Shown here in pieces: positions 12,016-23,139 of a stretch of 64,000 nucleotides of DNA. How positions within the stretch are numbered: the stretch's first letter is position 1; every line of letters begins with the position of its first letter. The notes beneath the pieces were generated by a model, which was given only the letters and a program-made list of their open reading frames with translations, had not been told where the DNA came from and did not search any database. Source of the DNA: Haliotis rubra (taxonomy: Eukaryota); contig NW_025765725.1 of assembly GCF_003918875.1 (NCBI RefSeq), positions 1,426,001 to 1,490,000 of the forward strand, in the 5' to 3' direction. The translations under genes and the position numbers were made by a program.

Positions 12016-15000
12016 ATGGAGGTTGTACGCATGTACATATATGTAACTGCTCATTTGGTGCTTATCGTCGGTTCCTCCTGTACTCCTCCCGAGGACTTGA
12101 CAGGTTGGTAGAAAAAACTATTTTATATGTTTAATATCGCGTTGCTTAAAACAGCACTACCAAATAACCACATCACATCAGATTTTCTATTTTAAGGTAC
12201 TAATGTTTCATATATACTGAAAGGCAAAAGAAACGTCGTAATAATGGAAATGACATTTAAGCATCATTGGAGTATTTGAACCTATTTCTTTTTAGATATA
12301 CACCGGCAGTCAAAGTCAAGTTTGAGGAAAACATACACAGCAGCTATGGCTAGGTTAACGAGAGGTGTTGATGGACGATATGACGGTCCTGGTGACGTGT
12401 TGTTACACGGGGTCGACCACTACGTGGATGGTCATCAGTGTTGTTGGTGGTGTTGTATCGCTGTCTAAGATGTTCTATCGGTCTTACGCTGCAACTGAAG
12501 TCATTAGCAATGACTCGAGCACGTTGACTAGCGCCGAGACGGCCAATGGCTTGTTGTCGTTGAGCTCTCGTTAACCTAGCCATAGCTGCTGTGTTCAGTA
12601 AACAAGTTAACGACTGACGTTCAAGCCGGCAATTTATGCGTGAATGCATGTATGATGCACGTGCATCTCGATTTCAATGTTGTGCTTGTGCGAACTCTAC
12701 CCTTTCCACAAGCAAAACATTTTTAACCTCAATCTCAAACAATACTTTATTGGGCAAAACAGTCTATACGACCACGATTCAGGTTTTCCTCAACTTGACT
12801 TTTGGTGTATATTTAAAAAAAATACTTAGTTCAAATACTCCATTGATACATATATGTCCAATATTACGACGTTTCTTTTCCAGTATATTTTCATCTCAAT
12901 TTTATTAAACAGCGCCTTCCAAAATAAAAATTGGCAAGAATGAACTTCATCACGTATTGAACAAGATGTCTCTGAACCCGGGCTCATCCTTGATATTTGT
13001 CAGTCAGTCATCTATGGGCAAGTATATTTCTATTGATCCTTAGTGAGTGAGTTATTATTTAACGTCGCATCGGCAATATTTCAGCCATATCGTGACGAAA
13101 ACACATGTGACACCGAAATGGAATAGATGTATACTATAAAAACTTGTCGACGAAGGACAGTATAAACAACTAGAATATCACAATTACAACTAAAACTAGC
13201 GTGGAAAATTAAAACTAATAGCACTATTTGGACAATACAATATAAAAACTGGCCATAGATCGCCAACAACTGAAGGTAGATCACCAAACTCTATTGATCC
13301 TTAAAATTCAAACACAGTACTTCCCAGAAGTACAACATGTCATGGTATCCTTGGTCTGCACTTATAACATGTTGCTGTTATCATAGGCAAATATGCTTAT
13401 TATACATGCAAGACGTGTTCCTGTTATTATCTCACGTTTCCATTTCCTAAAAGGAAGAGACACACATGACTTTATTGAGGAATGGACAACACAGCATGGT
13501 GTGACTATAATTTTCTTGCTAATGGACGCCTTTGAACAGAGCCTGACTGGATTAATAGAGAGAACTCTCAAGAAGAACAGTCTAAACATTTATCGTAAAT
13601 TATTCAACTTCGTCGTCTTCTGTGACGGTATCTACAACTGCGTGCCACGCATCACAATTGCCGTATGTCTACTCCTAAAATAATGCTTTACGTTCTTTTA
13701 CAAAGCAATTAAGATATTTGTTTGACACTGGTTTCACCTGTAAGTTCAATCATTTAAATATATTTCGTCTTTTCACTGCAACATACAGATGTCATCATGA
13801 ATATAATATACATTCATTATTTGTTCAATATGGCAAAGTGCTCCAGTAGAGACAATCAATACGGACAAGGAACGCTGCTACGTCATTTTTCGAAATGGAT
13901 CTTCCTAAACCAAGATCCGACAAATTTACCGGAAGTACAGGCTGATGTGGACAACATAGCAATAGCAGCCAAGGTGATTAGATAAGAAATATCCTGACAT
14001 GAAACTTGAAGAAAATGATTGACCCAGCATAGCAACCATCATTGACTGAGTGTCAGTACTTCTGCATTGAACATTTGGTTTTATTCCCTAAGATGTGTTT
14101 TACTTTTTTGTTTTCAGGAAAACGGTATATCCGGAAGCTCTATTGTTAGAATCAGTACTCTTTTGTGGAAGCCCAACGGTCGACAATGGTCATCAGTCGG
14201 CCACATCACGAATAACAGGAAAATACACGCCGCCTTTGTAGCCCCTCTCTTCCCCAATACAGCATACATGCTGAATGGAAGAAAACTGAAAATTGGCATC
14301 ATGGCTGTAAATAAATGCATCCACATGTTTAAACGGTTTTGGATAATTCGCATAACATAAAAGGGTTGTCACATAAGTGCAGATCTGGATGATATTTCAG
14401 AAAGAAGAAATAGCAACATATTCACTATACTTTAGCAATATTTATCAAAGACATTAAAATGAAAACTTCAGTCACATGAAACTGATTAACATGAAAAATA
14501 ACCTTTTTGAGAAAAAAAAGCATAACCTAAACTGCAACCGTAAACAACTTCTCTCGTGTATCTGGCTAAAAAATGATCACAACGAATTGGTTTTAGAATA
14601 CAGTTGATCTTTATGTATGCTTGTCTTCTCTGCAGTGGGAACAATTTTGCAAGAAAACAACTTCAACGAATGCGTCCATTGTGTACACTCATGCCTGCAA
14701 GGACTTATTTGACAGCCTTGGTGAATATCTCAATTTCACGTACGTCTTATCAATAATCATTTCCATTATTTGTACCAGTCTTTTATTTCTTATCCTTTTA
14801 TTATTTGTTTAACGCCGCATGTAGCAATATTCAAGCTATATGGCGGCCATCTCTAAATAATCGAACCTAGACCAGACAATCCAGCGATCAACACCATAAG
14901 CGATGGTCTACGGGATACGATGTGTCAACCAAGTCAACCCGATCCCGATAGCGGCAAACATGGACCAATTCTAACCCGAAGGATCTTGTTTATTGCCAAT

Positions 15001-18000
15001 ATCACGATACAAACAGAACAACCGAGCAAATGAAGTGTGCAACTGAAAAAAACATTAGTATTAGATGTAATTATGTTAATATACTGTCACTGTCATGCCA
15101 GTTCACTTTCATTAAGTACTTATGTTTTACATTTTACAATGACCAATACGTTTTGATTTCACTTCAGATATGAGCTGATCGAACCACCTGACCAGTCTTG
15201 GGGTGAATTGAACGGAACATGGAGCGGTCTCCTTGGAATGGTAGAACGAAATGTAAGGAGGGATGTATTGAATCAATCAGATTGCATATGTAGGACCATT
15301 GGAACATTACACATTCAATCATTTTGACCTTGTTCCGTTTTGTTTGTTTTTCTAGGAAGTCGACCTGTCTGGCATACCTTACGGACTAGTCCTTAAGAGA
15401 AGCAAGTCCTTTGCATTTTCTTCTATTCTGTACCAATCAGTATGTGAAGTCGTCTATAAGAAACTGTCAACTAATGACAACCGCTGGATGTTGTTGTTGT
15501 CTGTATTTAAATGGGAAGTGTATGTATGCGGACTGCTGACGATGGCCTGGTGCATAGGTCTGTATACACTGCTGGAACGATACAGAGTTAGAGAGCATAT
15601 TGGGACTGATGAGTTTCCTACACATCCACCATCAACATCGGACAGTGTCATGACGGTGATTCGTGTGCCGTTCAATAAAGGTATTTAGATTTGTGGACAA
15701 TGTTGGCTTTCAACGTTTGAGTAAAGAATTAATATTATCATTGCTTAAATGATTGGAAATACAAATTGTTAACATCTCTGAAAATTGTGCAAACTTATGT
15801 AGACATGTTTTCAATTTATGTATTTATTATAAGCGTATAACTTTTTTAAGAAGCTAAACTTTAACTCACTCACTCAAGCATGATAAATATCTGCTAAAAG
15901 CAGCGTCATACACTCGGTAATAGTGATTCATCACATAATCCTCACTATTGGAGAGTGAATCACAACGTGTTCGGGAAAAGGTAGTCACCGTTCACCTGAA
16001 AAATATTGGGAATACACAGTATATATGTATTATATATATATGTTATTTGCATCAGTTATAAAATTTGTCACTGATGTGTCAAATTTGGAAAATATTTTCC
16101 ACATCTAACATCAAACGTTTTAATGAAGCCTTGAATGTTGTAACCTTGTAAGACAACATCCAAGCAAGAGTTGTATGGTGCTCAATCAATTCTCTCTTTT
16201 AAATGTAAAACACAATTGTAAACCACAGTGAGGCCAGAGGTTGACTCAAGGCAAGGTCAGCAGGTTATGTATCTGGTGCAGCTTCTTCCATTACCTACAT
16301 GCGTGAAATGAAGGGGAATATCACAGGAAAAAGTCATGATTCGTCAAATGACCTTAAGAAGTATTGTTCCTGGAATGATCTTAAAGGCTTGGCGTCTCTG
16401 CGCTTCCGCCGCTGAAGTTCCTCATGTAAATGTCATTACAGAACATAAGTAGGAGGATGCTATTTTAGTTACAATATATACAAGAATTTCTCAAACCACC
16501 CAAAGTCTACTCCAAAGAAGTTAAGTAACACGCGATTCTTTCTTATGACAGCAGTTAATCTTCAGCGATATGAAAGTTTCAGGTGTTTTAACTCCTTTTG
16601 AGTAGTAAATTTAACAACAGTAAACTTTGCATCCACAGGTTCCCTGCATCTCCCACAGAGCGTACCGGGCCGCATATTCCACACAAGCTGGTGGATGTTT
16701 TGCATCAGCATTGTTGCAGTATACACTGGTAACCTGGTTGCCATTATATCAGTGGTGAAAGAGATAAACCCTTTTAATACAATGGAAGACCTTGCAGAAA
16801 ACGAAGACTTCAAAATATTTATTCGTAAAGGATCATCCTATGAAGATCTGTACAAGGTCTGTACTATTTGTACGCTGTGTAGTTGCATTGACCTCGCCTA
16901 GCCATACTGTTGGGAAAGACACACAAGGAAATAGGACATATATAGGACTTTTGTCTGCTGAAGTTTATTCTCAACCCAAATGGTCAAAGCTATACGTTTA
17001 CGCACTGTTGTAGCTGAACATTAACTTTTGTCGGCGGAAGGCCCATTACAATCCCCCAAAATATCGCTTTACTTATCTATTGATCACATTTCGAGAATGT
17101 AATTTGATGTCACGGATGAAATACGGATGAACGTTTCTCACGCCCCATATCTGCAACCGACTTATATCAGATGCTATCTAACAAATGTACTTTTTGAACG
17201 TTTTTCAGAATTCTACTGATAGTGTAAGTCAGAAAATCTGGACAAAGGTGTTGGCCACCCGATCTTCAAACATACAAAACTCTCTGGACGAGGATCGTCA
17301 CTACAAGATGCTCCTACAGTCTGGCTACTACGCATTCATGACCGGTTCAAACACTGCTGATGGTATGGAAACTACAATCAATAACCTACAAAGGATGACA
17401 TGTGGTCTTGGTCCATTTTATCTCAGCCTGCCCTTTCCTCTCAACTCACCTCTTGCAGAGCTTTTTTCAGACAAGTAAGTACTAATGTGTATGTTTATAT
17501 TATAGATATTATCCTCTGATATATACTTTGGTGCAATTTGCTTCCATTTGTCGCAATTGTGGTCCTCATTGCGATGTGTTGATGATCAAATAATAATGTT
17601 ATGGAGAAGTAAACGGGAAAGCAGAATGTGCCGTTAAATACAAACTAGTTACGTTCCTAAAGGGGCGGTGGGGTAGCCTAATGGTTAAAGCGTTGGCTCG
17701 TCACGCCGAAGACCCGGGTTCGAATCCCCACATGGGCACAATGTGTGAAGCCCGTTTCTGGTGTCCCCCGCCGTGATGTTGCTGGAATATTGCAAAAAGT
17801 GGTGTAAAACCAAACTCAGTCAGTCAGTCAGTCCTACACCCCTAAACGAAAAGAATATTTAAGCAATCTTAAAGCAAATGTAAGTGTTCCTAATTCCAGA
17901 CTCATCCGTCTGTATGATAACGGTGTATTGGAAGCCTTGACAAGGAAGTGGAACAGCACACAGCGTGAGGAATATGTACCTGCAAGGACGAAAGTGGACA

Positions 18001-18101
18001 TCAGTAGCTTGCGGAGTGTTTGGGTCATGTGTGTAGCTGGAGTTACAGGAGCCTTTGTTATGTTAGGAGTCGAATGTTTTCTCAACTACTGTATCAAATA
18101 G
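12016..18101 (+). CDS. IR-A: divergent ionotropic receptor (iGluR/IR family), 11 coding exons, 641 aa
   Basis: Exons 12016-12103, 12913-13017 (GC donor), 13454-13662, 13839-13973, 14118-14306, 14636-14739, 15168-15252, 15356-15680, 16639-16856, 17209-17474, 17900-18101 total 1926 nt and give an open frame. Signal peptide; S1 WG...W.GLLGMV and EVDLS...R...FS; M1; M3 VYTGNLVAII (cf. SYTANLAAFL); S2 GSS and NSPL; M4. Confidence 0.9.
12215..12885 (-). mobile_element. Non-autonomous Tc1/mariner derivative in IR-A intron 1
   Basis: TA flanks at 12213-14 and 12886-87; imperfect inverted ends of about 115 bp; minus-strand HTH fragment MARLTRAQRQQAIGRL...HPRSGRPRVTT; no catalytic domain. Confidence 0.85.
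13043..13289 (-). mobile_element. 5'-truncated Nimb/I LINE 3' end with 14-bp TSD
   Basis: TSD tctattgatcctta at 13029-13042 and 13290-13303; sequence matches the LINE 3' UTR at 32950-33150; (ACTC)n tail. Confidence 0.88.
14805..14986 (-). mobile_element. Decayed SINE family B in IR-A intron 6
   Basis: Homologous to 4316-4497 and 1237-1326. Confidence 0.7.
17662..17833 (+). mobile_element. tRNA-derived SINE family A, (AGTC)n tail
   Basis: A box gtagcctaatgg, B box ggttcgaatcc; near-identical to 41809-41974. Confidence 0.92.
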
Positions 18102-19099
18102 CTGATTGAATATTCTATGAAGATGTGTACATCACTGTTACTGTTTAAAACAATCCGTTTTAAATATAGGTTCAATAGTAGTTAATTTATTTGTCGTAGC
18201 ATACCAAAGTATAAACTACTGTACTCATGGTGTAATAACGATTCGGCACATTAGGTATAGCAATATGAAAGAATTGGACATGTTTTAGGTAGAACATCAG
18301 CCATAGTGTTAGTAACTGTATCCTAAATTATGACATAAACAATGGTTGAATTGAATTTATGAACATGCGCTAATCGCCCATTGTTATCACATATGTCTGT
18401 CATGCCATTTCAGCCATATTTTAAAATCGAAATACCTTTCATGCCGTTTGCAACACATAAGAATAAATGTTTACTCCTATCTGTATGGTAGTGAGGGAAT
18501 TAATGAGCATGGCTTTACGCTGTTAGTAATAATATTGCAAAGAAGCTGACATCCATAAATTCTCACCTTCTCCTAAAGAAAATGGTTATGCACTATGCGC
18601 CAATCCCAGGTCTTCAGCATGACATTGATAATGCTTAATAACAAGGGTGTCCAAGTCAACCACCATTGGACCTAGGAGATGGACGACAAATTGTCTTTTG
18701 AAGTGTCTGCAAAGATTATGAGAAAATATATATATATTATATATATATATATATATATAAGATTTTACAGTAAAAATACTAAAACTGTACAATCAATAAT
18801 GCCCTGAATACAAAAGGCTACAGTAGTATCATAATCGACATAACTAATGCCTGTGTGTTTCCAAATATAATATATGTTGCATTTGACCATTTTCTGAAAG
18901 GCATAGTGAATTCAAAGCTTTCTTGTGTGGGAGCCGCTCCAATTTACAGTTGCTAGATGGGTATAAAAGTGTATGAGCTAGGCTACTAGTTCTCAGAAAT
19001 CCAATTTTTTTTTGGTCACTGCGATGGCTGATGTGTGAGATCTCTGATCTGTGATTCAAACAACCATACAGTGATACACACGGCCATACAGTGATTTAC

Positions 19100-19630
19100 A
19101 AGAATCCGTGCTTTCCCGAGGAAGTAGAAATCCCAAATTGTGTATATGTTACATTTATGATACACATCTGTCTGCCATCGTCAAGTTTATCAACGTTTCA
19201 AGACCGACCGTGCTTGTCTACTCTACTGCTGTCATTGTCAACAAAGTTCAGTCAGTATATCTGTTACCCAATATTTTAGATTTGTGACTCAATTGCACTG
19301 TACTAGACATCAGTGTTGTCATTCATTGTACATTACACACTGTTTGATCAATATATCATTGAATATTTTAGACTTGTCTGTGTTCTATTTTTCTGGTTGA
19401 AAAGGGCATTCACAAACCTTTTGTCACTCCAAATTATCAACCGTAACAATAGAATTATCGTTTTGGGACATAATGCTCGTTTTAAGTCTAAATCTGTCTA
19501 GTTGTTTACTGTCCTTGGTCGACTGGTACTTACATTGTCTGATTATGTTTTTATTAATATACAAGTTTCATAGTCACGATATGGCTGAAATAATGCCAAT
19601 GTGACTATTAATTTAAGGTTCACTCAATTA
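19100..19630 (+). mobile_element. Old Nimb/I LINE 3' fragment
   Basis: Ends in gtcacgatatggctgaaataatgccaatgtgac...cactc, the tail of 13043-13289 in the opposite orientation; tgtccttggtcgac matches the LINE 3' UTR. The left boundary is approximate. Confidence 0.55.
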
Positions 19631-20479
19631 GTCACTGTCCATGTTCGTAAGAAATATATGCTGAAAACAGTGCCAACTGTAAGATCCCGACTATGAGAAG
19701 AGCACATGGTCATGAATCAGGAAAACATTATTTGGGTGATGTGTCCATGCCAAAGTACAACATTGACAGATTGGACACATCCAAGGTCGATACTGGTTAG
19801 TGGCAGAACCGTGGCCAACCGTTGGCGGGAGCAGAAGATCGGGCCACATCGCCAAGCGACACTCCAAAGTCTACTCCCGAATCACCATTGCTTTGTGTAC
19901 ACATTATTTGAGGTTCAGAAGATATTTTTTATCACATTATTTCTTTTTTGTAGGTATCCCAACATGTACAACATACATTTTCAAAATAGCGTACCTTGTA
20001 GATCAAGACATGTTCTATTTTATGGCATACATTTCGAAAAGGCAGAGTATGGCAAAAAAGGAATTATGTAGAAACGTTGTGGCATGAAGACCAGAAGGAG
20101 ATGAATCTATAATCTGTGTAGAGGAGCTGCTTACTGGCGTTATAGGAGTTATAGGAGTCTTGTACATCTAATTTAAAGCCATTTATGTGCGGGGTTGTTT
20201 TTTTCTTGTTTATTTTCTTTCTTTCTTTCTTTTTCGGGGGGGGGGCATTTGCCTGTATATATGTAATGTTTGGTAGTACATCGCGTCTTCAATATGATGT
20301 GTGTTACACTTGGTTTTGGAGTGATTCCAGTTTTATATTTGATCCATTCCAACAAGTGTTGCCATAAGCTTTTGACCTGTTTCCCGAGCGTGAGACATTA
20401 CACGACTATCTAGGCCTCGACGTGCCGAATGGAGTTTCTTTTATAGGGGTATTAGAAACTCCCAAAGAGTCGAGGTCTA

Positions 20480-22233
20480 GACTGACTATACTGTAGGTGT
20501 CCGTACGCGTAAGTCGTGAGGCCATCGATGGCGATCCATTGTGTCCAAGAGGGACAGCAACGTCTTGTTGAGGGTGATCCCGTAGATTTTGTGCTTGTCA
20601 CTTCTTAACGCATTCATTTGGTGTTTGAACATTATTCTTGAAGAGAGCCTGTTTGACTGACTGACTGACTGAGTTTGGTTTTACACCGCTTTTAGCAATA
20701 TTCCAGCAACATCACGGTGGGCTTCACACATTGTGCCCATGTGGGGATTCGAACCCGGGTCTTCGGCGTGATGAGCCAACGCTTTAACCATTAGGCTACC
20801 ACACCGCCCCAGAGCCTGTTTGAAGAGGGTGTGCTTGATGTGCTGTTTCACCACACATTTTTTCACACCCTTAGCCTTTCGGATTTCATCGTTGTCGGCT
20901 TTCTTGATGGAATACATCTTGGGTCTCTTAACCCAATGTATTCCACGATGGGTGTCCCATCACATTCGTCTTTCATCTTGCCGGGGACCTTTTTATTCGT
21001 TTGGTCGTGTAGGGCGTGGTCGGGGGTTGGGGGATGGTGGTGGTGGTGTAACAACTTGTATCGTACAGGTACATGTCCTCGGTACGAATTTCCAATAAGC
21101 AGGGAATCCGTGTCCGTGTAAAAACACTTTGCACCTGTCACTGTTTTGCTTTTTTAACTCGTTGAACATGTGTTGCGCCATGTCCTCGTACATGTCCTCG
21201 GTACGAATTTCCAATAAGCAGGGAATCCGTGTCCGTGTAAAAACACCTTGCACCTGTCACTGTTTTGCTTTTTTAACTCGTTGAACACGCAGGCTTCGTG
21301 TTCTTGCGTTTCGTACGTGAAACTTTGTTCGGGCTTGATGTGTTTGACCTGTTTGATCAGGGCGTAAGTCGGCGTAGATGACGTAGTGTACGGACATTTG
21401 ATGTTTATGGTTGACGAATTTTAAGATGTTTTTCTCTTCTTCAGGCATGTCAATTCGAACAGCAGTCTCTCCCACGCCTTGGCAATCCTCCTTATGCGAT
21501 TCCAGCAGGTCTGCTCGCGTGAAGCAGTGCAGGCTCCCTCACAGAAATGTTTCTTTCTGGCTAGGTTCTATTGGTCGTACAACAGTCGACTCAAGCTTTT
21601 AATCGTCGCGTAGTGATACTGGTCGCCTTTTTCGATGAGGAATAAATTGATTCTGCGGACATCATCGGACCTGGAGCTGATTCGGTGTACGATGGCTTTG
21701 TCCCCTTCATGGCCGAACATGTTAATAGCACAGGGTTTTGGTTTTTGAATCATGTCCGGTAGGAGATGGGTGTGAGGCGTTCTACACCCGTGAAGTCGGC
21801 ATCTGGATGCCTCCAACTTTGGGTAGCTGGAACGCCTGCACGGATTTCCTTTCGGTTCGTGTCAGGCAGCTATGACCGCCACCATCATGCAATAATTATG
21901 AACATCCTCCCCTTTGGTTTTGGGGTTGAGGATGGCCCTTTTATCTCCGAAATGCTTCGGCACCCAGAGGTAGGATCCACCTTTGAGTGGTTTGTAATTC
22001 GCTATGTCAAGATAAACGGTGTTGACGGTATCCATCCCGCATCCCGAACCTCGATGCGTCCATTTTTCTAACGATGCTTGTAGTTTTTTGGACTGAGGTT
22101 TTTGGAGCGTCATTTGGAGCGTCTGTTGGAATTTGATACTTTTCAAATCGTTTAATTCTTCATGAAGTTTACTGTCGATTAAGGGTTTGATTTTATCAGT
22201 ATTGATTTTCAAGCCTTGGAGATGCTTACCCAA
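20480..22233 (-). pseudogene. Polinton/Maverick-type protein-primed DNA polymerase B relic 1 (internally deleted)
   Basis: N-terminal motifs RGSG...YKPLKGGSYL...KRAILN, HYATIKSLSRLL and VIYAD joined almost directly to FYTDTDSLL, KKVPGKMKDE, KAKGVKK; many frameshifts. Confidence 0.85.
20657..20810 (-). mobile_element. SINE family A inserted in the PolB relic
   Basis: TSD agagcctgtttga at 20644-20656 and 20811-20823; small internal deletion. Confidence 0.9.
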
Positions 22234-22872
22234 TGTTACTACATGCGGAGGGGGTTCGGGGTTTGGTCGTGAAAACTGGTTTGGGCGGCTTCTCGTCGAC
22301 TAGTCTGTCGGTCGGTGGCGTGCTGTGTTTCCAGGTCTTGTCGACGACCCCCCAGACAAACACGGCGGCTAGCGAAAGGTAGGTCCACTTTTGGGTCGAT
22401 TCTATCATCTGTCGCACCTTCGCATTTTCTAGACGGGTATCTTCTTGTTCCTCCTCTATTTCCTCCCGGAGCTCTTCGTTGTTGTCGTCGTCGTCCAGCC
22501 TAGACAAGATGTTGACCAACATGGTCGTGGTTTGCTCCGCACGAGCCGACAACATCGTCGCGTTTTGCTTCACACGAGCCTCGATCTTCCACAAGTGGTT
22601 GTAGAAGTCCTGGATGATCAGATTTGGAGGGGGCAAGAGGGTCGACGGTTCTGCGGCAGGCAATACGGTTGTGCTGGAGGGCGACGTCAGATTTGGAGCT
22701 ATCTCGTTGGTGGGCAAGAGGGTCGAAGGTTCTGCAGCAGGCTCTCGCCATAGCTCGTACAGCCTTGTGGATCTAATACCGAAGAACTTTTTGACCTCGC
22801 TTGCTGGGAGCACACCACGAAGGAGCGTATTTCTTGGATCTGGTCCGAAGTCAAATCTGTTCTTGGTGGCAT
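22226..22872 (-). pseudogene. Polinton-associated accessory ORF (putative HTH, internal repeat, acidic coiled coil, hydrophobic segment)
   Basis: ATG at 22872 gives MPPRTDLTSDQIQEIRS, then a frameshift into LPASEVKKFFGIRSTRLYELW; PAAEPSTLLP occurs twice; WTYLSLAAVFVWGVV. GC-rich like the flanking PolB. Confidence 0.5.
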
Positions 22873-22904
22873 GTCGTATATCCGATACTTCCCATATGTC
22901 TATA

Positions 22905-23135
22905 TGGAAATCCCAGTCCTCTCCCAGGAAATCCCAATCATTTCCCAGGAAATCGCAATCCTATTCTATTTTCCTGAGAAATCCCAATCGTATCCCCATA
23001 CTCTCTCATTTTCCCCAGAAACACTAGCCAAACTCCAAGCAAATCTTAGCAAACACCTAGCAAACTGCTTAGCAATGCTTTGCAACACTTAGCAAACTGC
23101 TTAGCAAACGCCAAGCAAAACGCCAAGCAAAGCAA
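22905..23135. repeat. Short degenerate tandem repeats (cccaggaaatccc / tagcaaac)
   Basis: Directly visible repeats between Polinton-like ORFs. Confidence 0.75.
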
Positions 23136-23139
23136 TAGT

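Noticed and set aside
17662-17735. tRNA gene
   Set aside because: The A/B boxes continue into a shared SINE body and microsatellite tail with TSDs in several copies; these are SINE heads (also 2844, 20810, 30329, 41809).
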